Below, one piece after another: positions 47,294 through 58,508 of a DNA stretch of 64,000 nt. The notes beneath the pieces are model-generated. The model ran no database searches. It was not told where the DNA came from and saw only the letters and a program-made list of their open reading frames with translations. This DNA comes from a virus. Positions within the stretch are counted from its first letter, which is position 1. Every line of letters begins with the position of its first letter. The stretch lies in the IMG/VR virus record IMGVR_UViG_3300009181_006602, positions 26,525-90,524 of that record; one strand, 5' to 3'. The position numbers and the translations under genes are program-made.

Positions 47294-47764
47294 ATGGCGA
47301 CGATAAATTTTAAAAGCGTAGGTACAACAGGTAAAAAGCTCATTGAGAGTAATTTAATGCCTAGTTTAAAGCCTATTGGAATAAAGACGCCATTAAAATT
47401 AGGTAAAAAATACGGAATATTTGACATGTATACGAACATGTCAGATACAATCCATGATAACTTAAGAAATCTTATACTCACAAATTGGGGCGAAAGATTA
47501 GGACTTTATTATTTCGGTGCTAATTTGAAACCGTTAGTTACTGAGTATTCGGTTCAAGAACAATTCGATTCAGAGGCTGTAATTAGAATAAAAACAGCTG
47601 CTAGCTCATGGATGCCATACATAAATTTAATTGATTATGTATCGGATTTTGAAAGTTTCACGAGTCTTTCGTCGGTTGCACATATGAAAATATTGATAAC
47701 CTATTCAGTTCCGCAATTAGCGGTTGAAGATCGTCAGTTACGAGTTAATTTATTCGTATTATAA
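47294..47764 (+). CDS. Baseplate wedge subunit, gp25/GPW family
   Basis: IHDNLRNLILTNWGERL...FGANL...IKTAASSWMPYI. Confidence 0.88.
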   Translation: MATINFKSVGTTGKKLIESNLMPSLKPIGIKTPLKLGKKYGIFDMYTNMSDTIHDNLRNLILTNWGERLGLYYFGANLKPLVTEYSVQEQFDSEAVIRIKTAASSWMPYINLIDYVSDFESFTSLSSVAHMKILITYSVPQLAVEDRQLRVNLFVL

Positions 47765-47779
47765 TGGAAAATTAAGAAA

Positions 47780-49636
47780 ATGGCCACTGACCCTAAAAAA
47801 ATCACAAAAGAGATAAGACAACGTCGTTATTTGGCTCGCGACTTCGATTCGTTTCGTCAAACGTTGTTAGATTATGCTCGTCAATATTATCCAGATCGTA
47901 TTCAGGACTTTTCTGAAGCCTCTATAGGCGGTTTGTTTTTAGACATGGCTGCGTACGTTGGTGACAATCTATCGTTTTATTTGGATCATCTTTATGGAGA
48001 GTTAAATCCAGAAACTGCAGTTGAGAATGGCAGTATCGAGCGGGCCCTTCGAAGTTCTGGCGTGGCCATTGCTGGCTCGGCACCTGCGTCTGTCAACGTC
48101 ACTGTGTATATAGAGGTGATGACAGCAAATTCTGGCGATGATGGTCCTGACATAAGTCTTTTGCCCGTGATTAAAGAAGGTTGTCTTTTTACAAGTGACA
48201 GTGGTATACCCTTTACGCTGGTCGATGATATAAAGTTTATAATAGATCCTGATGAAAATGGCGAATATACTATAAATCCAGCAGTGAAAAAGAAGATTGG
48301 ACGTCGAAGAACAGACGGTGCTATAGTAAGTTATTTTCTTTCGCTAGATGGACTTTGCGTTTCAGGTAGAGAAACGCGACAAGTTGTTTCTGTCGGCGGA
48401 TTTATCCCGTTTCGAAAGATTCAATTAGCACAATCAAATATTACAGAAATAGTGAATGTATATGACGATTATGGCAATACATATTATGAAGTTGGCGCGC
48501 TATCACACGATGTAGTCTATAGAAATGTATTGAATTCGTCCTATGATAGTAGTCTTGTAAAAGACGGACTAAGAGTCGTTCACGCGCCATATAGATTCAC
48601 TAAATTAACAGATTTAGCCACGCGAAAAACGATATTGGTCTTCGGAGGTGGTTCGGCAGCTTCGCTCGAAGATGATGTCATTCCAGATCCGACAGAGTTT
48701 GCATTGCCATTGCCATACTCAAAAACGATTAAAAGAACTTCCTTAAATCCTGAAAAGTTATTAACGACAAATACGCTTGGCGTAATTTCTTCTGATACTA
48801 ATATAACAATTACGTACAGACACGGTGGAGGCTTAAGTCACAATATTTCTCCAAATTCGTTAACAACTATTACAAGTCTAACGATGGATTTTCCAAAAAA
48901 CCCCTCTAATGCCGATGCTGTTAAAGTTAGAAACTCTATAGAAATAGGTAATACCATGATGGCTTCTGGCGGTGAAGACGCGCTATCTTCAAGAGAATTA
49001 ATCGCCTTAATTCCTGCAGTGAAAAACTCGCAAGAAAGAATAGTGACAAAAGAAGATTTGTTGGCCCGCGTATATACGATGCCATCTAACTTAGGAAGAG
49101 TATTTAGAGCATCTATAGCTGCGAATCCGAATAATCCGCTTTCTACGCAATTGTTTATTATATCGCGAGATAATAATCAAAGACTTATCATGTCGCCTGA
49201 TAGTTTAAAAATAAATTTAAGAAAATATCTTAATTCCTATAGAATGATATCTGACGCAATTGATGTCCTAGACGCGCAAGTTGTCGACCTACAACTAAAA
49301 TTTACTGTTGTAGTTGACCCTTCGTTGAATAGAACATCGGTGCTCTCTGTAGTTTTAACTAAGCTTCAAAGACAGTTTGAGATTAGAAAAATGTATATAG
49401 ACCAGCCGCTTATTATATCCGATATAACTAACACGATTTATTCGACACAAGGCGTTGTGGCTGTTGACTCAGTAGAGCTAGCTAACATTTCTGGCGTTGT
49501 TGATAATAGAGTTTATAGCGATGTCTTTTATGATGTAAAAAGCAATACGAAACGCCAGATGTTGTTCCCGCCGATGGGAGGAATATTTGAAATAAGATAT
49601 CCTGATGTCGATATCATAGCTAAGGTGGTGACCTGA
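47780..49636 (+). CDS. Baseplate wedge protein (T4 gp6 / baseplate J-like)
   Basis: RDFDSFR..L, DFSEASIGGLFLDMAAYVGDNLSFYLD, ASGGED, SQERIVTKED. Confidence 0.88.
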   Translation: MATDPKKITKEIRQRRYLARDFDSFRQTLLDYARQYYPDRIQDFSEASIGGLFLDMAAYVGDNLSFYLDHLYGELNPETAVENGSIERALRSSGVAIAGSAPASVNVTVYIEVMTANSGDDGPDISLLPVIKEGCLFTSDSGIPFTLVDDIKFIIDPDENGEYTINPAVKKKIGRRRTDGAIVSYFLSLDGLCVSGRETRQVVSVGGFIPFRKIQLAQSNITEIVNVYDDYGNTYYEVGALSHDVVYRNVLNSSYDSSLVKDGLRVVHAPYRFTKLTDLATRKTILVFGGGSAASLEDDVIPDPTEFALPLPYSKTIKRTSLNPEKLLTTNTLGVISSDTNITITYRHGGGLSHNISPNSLTTITSLTMDFPKNPSNADAVKVRNSIEIGNTMMASGGEDALSSRELIALIPAVKNSQERIVTKEDLLARVYTMPSNLGRVFRASIAANPNNPLSTQLFIISRDNNQRLIMSPDSLKINLRKYLNSYRMISDAIDVLDAQVVDLQLKFTVVVDPSLNRTSVLSVVLTKLQRQFEIRKMYIDQPLIISDITNTIYSTQGVVAVDSVELANISGVVDNRVYSDVFYDVKSNTKRQMLFPPMGGIFEIRYPDVDIIAKVVT

Positions 49637-51144
49637 TGTTCCGTATATTAAAGGCTAATAAAGACACATATATTACTAACAAGTATGTAGATAGCGTTCA
49701 AGCAAAAAGCGGTAACGTTGGTACTGCAGGAACGGTGGATCTTTTTAAGTTGTATGGAATTACTAATATTGATGGTACACCTCAAAGCGAGCTATCACGA
49801 ATTTTAATACACTTTGATTTGGATCCGCTTATAGATCTAGTAGACAAAGGAAAAATTGATATTTCGCATTCAAGTTTTAAGTGTCACTTAAATTTAAAAG
49901 ACGTATATGGAGGACAAACGACACCTAACAATTTTGTGGTAAACGTTTTCCCATTATCTGCGTCGTTTGATGAAGGCTTAGGTAAGGACACATCATATTA
50001 TGTAGACGAAGATATTGCAAACTTTTTTTCAGCATCTAGGACAGCTAAATGGTTTGGAGAAGGATGCACTTTAGCATGTTTTTCAACTGGTAGCGGAGAC
50101 TATATAACAAGTTCTGTCACGATTAATGACACGCGTGTTTCTCAAACATTTATAACGGGAGAAGAAAACCTGTTCGTTGATGTAACTAGGATAGTATCTG
50201 CAACATTAAAAGGAGATCTACCTGATACAGGATATCGAATTTCTTTTAACGATGCTATCGAGACTGACACTTACACTTACTTCGTTAAAAGATTCGCATC
50301 CAGACATGCGTATGATGAAACCAAACACCCGCAACTGTTCGTTAAATTCGATGACTCTATATTTGATGAAACATCAAACTTGCGAATTGATCTGCCTGTT
50401 TCTTCAAGCATATTTCTTTATAACTATGTTCATGGTCAATTAACAAATTTAGTTTCTGCCTCGAACCACGTTACTGGAAGTAATTGTATTTTGTTAGAAC
50501 TCAAAACAGAGGCTTCAGGCGTCGGTGCTTATTCGCTATTTTTTACTGGGTCGCAACATTATTTTGGCACGCTACCTGTTGCAGGAATATATTCTGCATC
50601 TATATCGATACCATTAACAAACGCTAATATCAAAGCGAGTTATTTACAAACAGGTTCTATTAGCTTTGTGCCTGTATGGAGTTCTATCGATCGAAAGCTA
50701 GCATATGTAACAGGATCTAGTATCATTGCATACGCGCCTGATAGAACTAACAGTAAATTAAATCCGCGAAAATATACGGTTAACGTATTGGGAATAAATA
50801 GCGATTACACAGAAGAAGAAGAAGTTTCTTTAAGAGTAAATATTTTTGACGAAAACAGTCCAATAATTAAAGCCGTTAGATTGCCACATGAACTACCCGG
50901 ATTAGTGTTGAAGAACTCTTATTACGCTATTAGAAATTCAATAACTAATGAATATGTTATACCTTTCGACACTATAACAAATTCTACAAAGTTAAGTAGC
51001 GATTCTAAGGGCATGTATTTTAATTTTAATACGACGGCGCTGACGTCTCAACGATCATATACAGTCGATATAATGACTATAGTTGATGGTCAACAACAGA
51101 AATATCTAAACGCTTCTCCTACGTTTAGAATAATAAAAATCTAG
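49636..51144 (+). CDS. Putative baseplate structural protein (beta-sandwich, DNRLRE-like N-terminus)
   Basis: KDTYI...SRILIHFDL...FVDVTRIV...FASR...PQL pattern. Located in the baseplate operon. Confidence 0.6.
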   Translation: MFRILKANKDTYITNKYVDSVQAKSGNVGTAGTVDLFKLYGITNIDGTPQSELSRILIHFDLDPLIDLVDKGKIDISHSSFKCHLNLKDVYGGQTTPNNFVVNVFPLSASFDEGLGKDTSYYVDEDIANFFSASRTAKWFGEGCTLACFSTGSGDYITSSVTINDTRVSQTFITGEENLFVDVTRIVSATLKGDLPDTGYRISFNDAIETDTYTYFVKRFASRHAYDETKHPQLFVKFDDSIFDETSNLRIDLPVSSSIFLYNYVHGQLTNLVSASNHVTGSNCILLELKTEASGVGAYSLFFTGSQHYFGTLPVAGIYSASISIPLTNANIKASYLQTGSISFVPVWSSIDRKLAYVTGSSIIAYAPDRTNSKLNPRKYTVNVLGINSDYTEEEEVSLRVNIFDENSPIIKAVRLPHELPGLVLKNSYYAIRNSITNEYVIPFDTITNSTKLSSDSKGMYFNFNTTALTSQRSYTVDIMTIVDGQQQKYLNASPTFRIIKI

Positions 51145-51157
51145 GCTTTAATCGATT

Positions 51158-54100
51158 ATGATTACAAAAAAAAATTATATACAAGCGTCGTCATTTATCA
51201 AAGCCGCGTTGACCGAAACCAGGCCAGTACAACTAACGTTTAAAGACTTGTTACATACCAACATCGAGAGTACATCGTCTTTTCAATATGACCCGTTAGA
51301 TTATCCTATAAAAAGTACGCAACAGCTTAACATCGATTGGTCGAAATTCGAAGAACACACTTTCTTTCAATCAGCAGAAGTAAAAACTAATATTGCGTTC
51401 GATCAAATCATCAATGGGTTTCCTTTTGATGGTACAAGAATTGAAGTAGAAAGATTTTTTGAAAAGCTAACAGGATATGAAAAGTGGATATATGATCAAT
51501 TCCCAAAATTTGCAGGACAGCTGCACTTTTCAGGTACTCAAGTAGGGGAAAATCCATTAAACGGGTATGCAGCAGGTCGAGGTTCACGTGTCGAAGTTAA
51601 GGATTCTGCAGGATGGATGTTTCCTGAAATATCAAAAAACGATTCAGGCGCCGCTGTGTTAAATCCGCCTATCGATAAATCATTCACAATCGAAACGCAT
51701 ATATTCGTTCCTAATCAAAGCAATGATAGACAAGTTGTTTTTCAAAAGTTGTCTTCAAATAAAAGTCAAGGTTTTACTTTTTACTTAGAACCTTCAACTA
51801 ACTCTTATGTAACTGGCACTTTTTGTATAGTTTCTGGCGGCGTTAGCAATTTTGTAGATTGCATTTTCGCTAAAGGAGAATTTAACCATCTATGCATGTC
51901 TTTAAATCGAGAAGCAGGAGATAACTATCTACAAGTTTTTGTTAATGAACAACTACGAAATGAAAGTAAAAAGCAAAAAGTCATTAAAGAATTTACTGAC
52001 ACTTCTTCTTTAATCATCGGTTCAGGCTCTTCTTTTTATGTAGACAACGTCTACAAAACGCCTGAACAAACATTTAGTGGAACGTTAGACGAATTTAGAA
52101 TTTTCCACGCGTATAGAACTATTCAACAGCAACGAGCCTATTCGTCTAAAGGTCTGTACTCATCAGAATATTTGAAGCTATATTTTAGATTTAATGAACC
52201 ATCGTCTTCTTTGTCTTCAAATCCTAGTGACACAGTTAATTCTATCGTTTTGGATAGTTCGGGAAATTCGCTTCATGGACTTATCGAAAACTTTGACGTG
52301 TCGTTAAGACAATCTACAGCCAGTGATTCTTTAAGTTTAATGACGGCAGAAAGACCTGAATTTAAAACTGTACTGTTTCCATACAATCCTGACATAATAT
52401 CGTTAAATGAGACGCTACTATTTTCTGCTAGCGTATATGACGAAGCTAATCCAAACTTAATTACGAAATTAATTCCGAGACATTATCTTCATGAAGGCGG
52501 AGAAGTTGAAGGATTAAAACGTACTGAAATAGAAGGAACCATTGGCACTTCTTATGGTGGAGAAGGAATACCTGGACAAGGCCAATTAGGCTCATCACAA
52601 ATAATACTGACGTTTCTATACATCTGGGCAAAGTTTTTTGATGATATAAAAATGTTTGTCGACGCGTTTGGCACGCTGAAAACAGTCGATTATGCGCTGC
52701 CAGGTACCATGCCAGATAATTTCTTAAATAGCTTTGCAAATTCATATGGCGTATTTTTGCCTCCATTTTTTAACGATGCTAGCATGCTTCAATACATCGA
52801 TGGAGAGGACATTAGCAAAAGCGAATTGTCAACTTCAACGCTTAAACAAATACAATCTAATTTATTGCGACGCATCTTAGTGAATATGCCTGACATTCTA
52901 AAGTCCAAAGGCACGCAGCATAGTATTAGATCTTATTTAAGGTCAGTGGGAATAGATCCTGACAATAGTGTTAGAATAAGAGAATTCGGTGGTCCTTCTT
53001 TAAATCAATTCGGTATAAGTAGAGAGAAAAGAACCGAATATTCTTCTGCGGTAGATTTTCAAACTGCATCATTGGTAACAACATCGTTTCTTTCTGCTTC
53101 AAGAGTAGAACCTGGATTTCCTTATGCTGTTGGTCCGTTTAGCGAAGGTGTGTCTACAAATAATAGCGATGGTTTATTGACGTCAGGTTCTTGGACATAC
53201 GAAGGTTGCTATCGATATACTGCAAAAAGCTTAAAAAAATTCGGCGGCTCATTGCAGTCTCTTGCAAGACTAGAAGTAACTGGATCAGCAGCAACCATAC
53301 GACCAGGTGTTATTCTTAATCTTGTAGCTTCTAGTTCATTAATCGCTTATATTCGACCAGGTATGTCTTCAACTTCGCCTACGTTACAATTGACTTTACC
53401 TGTTAATATACTTAATGGAGAAAAGTGGAATGTGTCAGTCGGTTGTTATCGTAATGATTCAATAAAGAGCACTGTGTCTTCATCTTATTTTCTTAGAGCC
53501 GGAACACAAAATGATGGCGATATTTCGAAGACATATACAACGTCTTCTTTCTTTTATGAAACACCATCTGGCGAAGCTAACGCTTTTAGAGTACTGTCTT
53601 CGACGAATAACGCCTCAGGTTCAAGAATAGCAATAGGAAAAAACAGCAGCATTCCCGAAGGAAACATGGGTTATTTATATCTTAATAACACCGTTGCCGC
53701 CATCGCTGATGCTCGCGAAACCGAATGCGTCGGGCAAGTCAGTAACGTTCGCTTTTGGTCAAAAGGACTAACGGAATCTGAATGGAGAGAGCATATTAGA
53801 AACCCGAAGTCTGTCGGCGTAGACGATGCTTTAACGAATTACAATTATGTAACTGCTAAAACTGGTTCATTTGAAAAATTACGTTTAAGTACTTTAGAAA
53901 AGCAAACCGCTAGAACAGCTTCTTTATCTGGTGAAATAATATTTAACGACTTTAGCGAAAACGGCATTAATGTAATTGGTTCACAATTCGTCGCTGCTCA
54001 ACAAGTATTTGTAGGCGATATTTACGGATACAGTTACTTATCTCCGTATTTTGATGAATACTCTTCCACAGAAAAGATTCGAATTAGAGGATTTAACGAG

Positions 54101-54607
54101 CTAGAATATCTCAAGGACGCGCCTTACGCTACGATAGGTCCTGCATACGAACTTCCTCCAGGAGAAACTCCTCAAGACGATGTCAGATTCTCGATAGAGT
54201 TTTCATTAATAGATGCGCTAAACAAAGATATCATTAATATGTTCGCAAATCACGATGTCCTGGCAACAGCTATAGGCGCTCCTGAATTGATGTTCTCACC
54301 AGATTATCCTGATTTGGAAAAATTACGAGACATTTATTTTAATCGACTAAAAGATAAAATGAACTTTAGAAACTTCTTTGAGTTCTATAAATGGTTCGAT
54401 TTATCAATGAGTAATTTCATAGAGCAACTTATTCCAAGAAAAACAAGATTTAAAGGAATGAATTTTGTAATAGAATCTCATATTCTAGAACGCCACAAAG
54501 TGGAATATAAGTCAAATGAAATTTATTTAGGTGATTCAGGTCTTCGTAGTCGTCTTAAGGACGTTCTACTAGCGCAGCAGGTCGTAGGAACTATAAATAG
54601 ATTTTAA
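51158..54607 (+). CDS. Baseplate/tail protein with LamG (concanavalin A-like) domains and a P2 gpI-like segment
   Basis: SFTIETHI, FNHLC, FSGTLDEFRIF, LKLYFRFNE, LDSSGN (LamG). ILKSKGTQHSIRSYL (tail I-like). A second LamG-like segment ends VSNVRFWSKGL. Confidence 0.72.
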   Translation: MITKKNYIQASSFIKAALTETRPVQLTFKDLLHTNIESTSSFQYDPLDYPIKSTQQLNIDWSKFEEHTFFQSAEVKTNIAFDQIINGFPFDGTRIEVERFFEKLTGYEKWIYDQFPKFAGQLHFSGTQVGENPLNGYAAGRGSRVEVKDSAGWMFPEISKNDSGAAVLNPPIDKSFTIETHIFVPNQSNDRQVVFQKLSSNKSQGFTFYLEPSTNSYVTGTFCIVSGGVSNFVDCIFAKGEFNHLCMSLNREAGDNYLQVFVNEQLRNESKKQKVIKEFTDTSSLIIGSGSSFYVDNVYKTPEQTFSGTLDEFRIFHAYRTIQQQRAYSSKGLYSSEYLKLYFRFNEPSSSLSSNPSDTVNSIVLDSSGNSLHGLIENFDVSLRQSTASDSLSLMTAERPEFKTVLFPYNPDIISLNETLLFSASVYDEANPNLITKLIPRHYLHEGGEVEGLKRTEIEGTIGTSYGGEGIPGQGQLGSSQIILTFLYIWAKFFDDIKMFVDAFGTLKTVDYALPGTMPDNFLNSFANSYGVFLPPFFNDASMLQYIDGEDISKSELSTSTLKQIQSNLLRRILVNMPDILKSKGTQHSIRSYLRSVGIDPDNSVRIREFGGPSLNQFGISREKRTEYSSAVDFQTASLVTTSFLSASRVEPGFPYAVGPFSEGVSTNNSDGLLTSGSWTYEGCYRYTAKSLKKFGGSLQSLARLEVTGSAATIRPGVILNLVASSSLIAYIRPGMSSTSPTLQLTLPVNILNGEKWNVSVGCYRNDSIKSTVSSSYFLRAGTQNDGDISKTYTTSSFFYETPSGEANAFRVLSSTNNASGSRIAIGKNSSIPEGNMGYLYLNNTVAAIADARETECVGQVSNVRFWSKGLTESEWREHIRNPKSVGVDDALTNYNYVTAKTGSFEKLRLSTLEKQTARTASLSGEIIFNDFSENGINVIGSQFVAAQQVFVGDIYGYSYLSPYFDEYSSTEKIRIRGFNELEYLKDAPYATIGPAYELPPGETPQDDVRFSIEFSLIDALNKDIINMFANHDVLATAIGAPELMFSPDYPDLEKLRDIYFNRLKDKMNFRNFFEFYKWFDLSMSNFIEQLIPRKTRFKGMNFVIESHILERHKVEYKSNEIYLGDSGLRSRLKDVLLAQQVVGTINRF

Positions 54608-54622
54608 TAAAGCGTAATAACC

Positions 54623-55546
54623 ATGGCCTTATTTTCAAAGAATTTTTATTCATCGATCCAGCAGTATAGCGCGCTAGAAAAGCGAGCCTTTATCGAGGCG
54701 CCCCTTATCTATGACACGGTGATTGGTGTAAACTCCTCCAGTATTAATACTTCGGGGTTCGACGCCTATAGACAAGGTGTAGAAATTACTTTAGAAAAAC
54801 ATTCTGTTGGTTCTTTTAAAATAACCGCCGGAACGCCTGGTCATATTATCAAACCTGTTTGTTACGGTATTAATGATTTAGACATTATCTCGACAGGCTC
54901 TTTCGTTGAGATGGATTATTTTAAACCTATTAATTACGTGCTATTACAGGAATCCATCAAAGCGCCCATAGTCGTTTCTGATAATAATCAAGCAGAAAAT
55001 TATATCTTAAATGGCATCATCGAACCTTTAACAATCCGTTCCGTTATTTCTTTTTTCTCCATAGAGTTTCCTTATGAATCTCACGCTTTTCGTGCAGATA
55101 TGATGGCCGGTAATCAAGAACACTTTAAACGTTCTAGTGATAGAATTTTAACTATAGACTATACACCTAAAAAACTTGTTCCACTAAAGACATTAGCTTC
55201 AGGGACGGTATCTAGACGAGCGTTTGTTAATAACGAATTATTCCTCGACGCGTTCGAAGTCATACATTCAGGTTCATCCATCGCCCGCCAAAGCATGGGT
55301 TTCTTAGACGATCAACACAACTATATAGATAGCTTCGTTGATGGTGCTACTTACGATTATTTAAAAAATCTAGGAATTACTGTTGCAACCCATGGTGAAG
55401 ACATGGTGAGGGTTTTTCAAATAATGACGGGCTCCACAGACAACTACGTACCGCCTGGTAAAAAATCTGCGACATGTGGTTTTATATATGATAATATAGG
55501 GAATGTAGGAACTGACTCGATCGCCTTTGGAGGCATGACATACTGA
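54623..55546 (+). CDS. Hypothetical virion structural protein
   Basis: 307-aa ORF in the structural operon, ending GTDSIAFGG. Confidence 0.6.
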   Translation: MALFSKNFYSSIQQYSALEKRAFIEAPLIYDTVIGVNSSSINTSGFDAYRQGVEITLEKHSVGSFKITAGTPGHIIKPVCYGINDLDIISTGSFVEMDYFKPINYVLLQESIKAPIVVSDNNQAENYILNGIIEPLTIRSVISFFSIEFPYESHAFRADMMAGNQEHFKRSSDRILTIDYTPKKLVPLKTLASGTVSRRAFVNNELFLDAFEVIHSGSSIARQSMGFLDDQHNYIDSFVDGATYDYLKNLGITVATHGEDMVRVFQIMTGSTDNYVPPGKKSATCGFIYDNIGNVGTDSIAFGGMTY

Positions 55547-55547
55547 A

Positions 55548-58508
55548 ATGGCAACGACTAAAGCACTGCGCGCTCGAGCGCCTCGTAAGACAGAAAATTA
55601 CGTTGCGTCAATTAAGCGATTGTTTGGAGATCCACAAACAGTGCCAGATAAACAATTTCTGGCAGGGAAATATATCATTTCTGGTACTAATCTAATAACT
55701 CCGAGTGCAAATGAAGAAGCTTATTCCATCGTAGAACCGATCGGATTCGGAATAGAAATAAACGGTAAAACGTATACAGAGTTTTCTGTCGCCATGGCAG
55801 GCTGGATATTTTTAAGAGACCCAGCAGGTGGTTCGACAGCCGTCGACTTTTGGACCGATATCTTAAACGGATTTACTAACATTTACGATAATAACTCGAT
55901 AAGCGCCTCGTTTTCTTATAATCACATTTTTTTACCTATTTGGTTCGACAGAAATCATAGTCCTGGCAGCACTGTCGCCGCGATCAAAGCATTTGATGCT
56001 TCTTCAACAATAACTGACAACATACAGGCTAACATCGAAGCAGGAATTGATACTGATCAATGGCCATATGATTCGCTAGATTATGGTGTACGTTATGTTA
56101 ACTATTATGATAGCAATAAGGGTAAATGTTTGCTGGTTAGATGGACAGCTTCACAAAGATTTTATAATCATAGACTAAAGTTTGAGATTGCATTATTCGA
56201 AAATGGCGTAATCGAATATCGTTATTGGCCGTTAAAAAAGTTTAAGTCTCCTTATCCTGCTGCAGCAGCCGCTTCGTCGGCCACGGTAGGCGTATTTTGG
56301 CATGAATCAGGAAAGTCTTATCAGTGGCGAGATTTTGCGCCACTTTTAGGTTATCAATTAGGCCAAAGAAATATGTCGCAACTCGGTGGCGCAACTTATT
56401 CGACCACGTACACTGACAACTCCGCGGTGTATGCTAATAGACTTAGTGCGACTGAGTGGCCCAAGAATGGCGCGATTATAACCTATACCCCACCTGTAAA
56501 TCCAGGTAAGTTTTTGCCTAGAAAGATCTCTTCTCTTATTGGCACGACAAGACATCTAGCTCCTAATAGCGGATTGTTTGATGATAGAAAAACAATTAAC
56601 TTTTATTCTGGCAGCGCAACTCGCACAGTAAATATGCCTTCCACGATACCATCTAGATTATTAGGCGACACAAGCGGAGATGTGAACATTTCTTTGAGAC
56701 AGCTATTGTTTACATCTGGTAGTTTAGAAATCCACGGTGCGATGAAAAAAAGCGTTATTGACTCAAATCTCGAAATATTAAATGTTCTAGACGTTTTACA
56801 AAAACCATTCAATAATTCTTTTAACGAATCTCAAAAAAATTATCAAGAAACTGCATCAACGTCAAGTTTCTATATGACAGGATCGGCCCTCGAAATTTTC
56901 GGAGACGGTTTTACCGCGCCGCTTAAATCAAAAACGCAATTTCACTTTTCTTTGCCAGTGACAAAACAAGTCACGATGCCTTCGCTCACGTCATCGCTTT
57001 ATTATTACGATTCGAATAGAAAAACGTGGACAATGGTTGATTCAAGCGGTTATAGAAATCCTGAAAGAATTTTTTCTGAATTTGACAATATCACCTATGC
57101 TGATAGCTATAACACCGATTTCACAACTATATATCGAGTTGTAGAGACCTCGAGAGGTTTCGATTCGGTCGGTAGAAAATTAGTTTCTGGTTCTAATGTA
57201 AGCGACTTTGCTTATAATAACGCCGGTTCCGGTGCACTAACGTTTCAAAGCTCCGACGCGTTAGGAGCGATTGTCAATGATTACAATAATGTGCTACCGC
57301 AATTGAGAAGCAATGTTACTCCTATCTCACGAGACTACAATAATTCTATAACTGATAATCCTGCATTTTTCCCAACGACCGATCAAACGTTTAGCTTTCC
57401 TGTTGAAGAGGCTTTTTTAGTAGAAAAGATCGTTGTTGATATACCGTTATATATAAACGGCGCGTGGTTTAATGATTTGACGACGTGCGTTCGCCCTCAT
57501 GCACATTTTACAGGCGCAATAGCAAACGATCCCCAAGCAATTGGAAGATTTTTAGGTCCTATAGATTTTGGCGGACCTGGTATCACATTCGCATTAATGT
57601 GTGGAAGAAGAGGCGAAAACAATACGTACTTGGATCTAATAGCATCAGGCACGATTACACACATGAATGATGCAATAGCAGATGTAATATTAAAAAAGGA
57701 TCCTAGCGCGCACTATCACAGTATGCGTCCTACGGGTTTTCTTTCGTTTTCTAATCCGACTTATATTATTTCTGGTAGTAATAATATTTTTGAAGGAACT
57801 GTCAAACTCGAGATGGAAGCTTCTGTAGCAGGCGGCCTAACATTCGCTAGAAATGACAGGTCACTTTTGTCAGCTTCAGCTGATCCATTCGATCCTGATG
57901 AGTATGACTATCTAGTTAGCAATAGAAATAAAGCGATAGAACTGTTAACAACAAAATCAATTCTCACTGATGGTGGAGTTGCCTTTAACACCTATGATCG
58001 ACTTAGAACAACATTAGGTGACTATCTAACAAGAACTCCGCGCGTTTATCTACAACAAGTAAGTCCTTTATCCCGCGGCTCTGCAAAATTTAATTTCAAT
58101 GGTAATTCAATATTAGGCGGAAATATAGCTAGTTTTAATCTAGAACCTGTCGTAAAAAATCCGCTATATTCTGGTTACGCTACATCTGCTGAGCTATCAG
58201 CAAAATACACTGACCAAATTAATAGTGCGAGTTTTGGTTTCGATGCAGTTTCTATTTACTCTACAGTAGATAGTCGTCCTGCGCCATATTTGATATTACC
58301 TGGTGACAAACTTACAATTTCCATGTCGAAAACTAGACCTGTGATTCATAAGGCTGTCGATACAGGCGATGGCTTTGTGAATTTCGGTGCACGCTACGAA
58401 ACATATATATTGACAGGCAGTCATGGAACTGTTATGTTGAATACAGGTTCTATTAATATAACAGTCTATGGTAGCTATATCCAGGAAGGCATGGAATATC
58501 ACCCATGA
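55548..58508 (+). CDS. Large virion structural protein with a NIDO/nidogen-like N-terminal segment
   Basis: PIGFGIEINGKTYTEFSVAMAGWIFL, IFLPIWFD, LLVRW and FEIALFENGVIEYRY resemble NIDO-like extracellular domains. Confidence 0.55.
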   Translation: MATTKALRARAPRKTENYVASIKRLFGDPQTVPDKQFLAGKYIISGTNLITPSANEEAYSIVEPIGFGIEINGKTYTEFSVAMAGWIFLRDPAGGSTAVDFWTDILNGFTNIYDNNSISASFSYNHIFLPIWFDRNHSPGSTVAAIKAFDASSTITDNIQANIEAGIDTDQWPYDSLDYGVRYVNYYDSNKGKCLLVRWTASQRFYNHRLKFEIALFENGVIEYRYWPLKKFKSPYPAAAAASSATVGVFWHESGKSYQWRDFAPLLGYQLGQRNMSQLGGATYSTTYTDNSAVYANRLSATEWPKNGAIITYTPPVNPGKFLPRKISSLIGTTRHLAPNSGLFDDRKTINFYSGSATRTVNMPSTIPSRLLGDTSGDVNISLRQLLFTSGSLEIHGAMKKSVIDSNLEILNVLDVLQKPFNNSFNESQKNYQETASTSSFYMTGSALEIFGDGFTAPLKSKTQFHFSLPVTKQVTMPSLTSSLYYYDSNRKTWTMVDSSGYRNPERIFSEFDNITYADSYNTDFTTIYRVVETSRGFDSVGRKLVSGSNVSDFAYNNAGSGALTFQSSDALGAIVNDYNNVLPQLRSNVTPISRDYNNSITDNPAFFPTTDQTFSFPVEEAFLVEKIVVDIPLYINGAWFNDLTTCVRPHAHFTGAIANDPQAIGRFLGPIDFGGPGITFALMCGRRGENNTYLDLIASGTITHMNDAIADVILKKDPSAHYHSMRPTGFLSFSNPTYIISGSNNIFEGTVKLEMEASVAGGLTFARNDRSLLSASADPFDPDEYDYLVSNRNKAIELLTTKSILTDGGVAFNTYDRLRTTLGDYLTRTPRVYLQQVSPLSRGSAKFNFNGNSILGGNIASFNLEPVVKNPLYSGYATSAELSAKYTDQINSASFGFDAVSIYSTVDSRPAPYLILPGDKLTISMSKTRPVIHKAVDTGDGFVNFGARYETYILTGSHGTVMLNTGSINITVYGSYIQEGMEYHP

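Noticed and set aside
42946-54607. Bacterial T6SS or extracellular contractile injection system
   Set aside because: The context (gp55-like sigma, PhoH, solo Cas4-like nuclease, giant fibre, no bacterial housekeeping or T6SS membrane genes) fits a phage.
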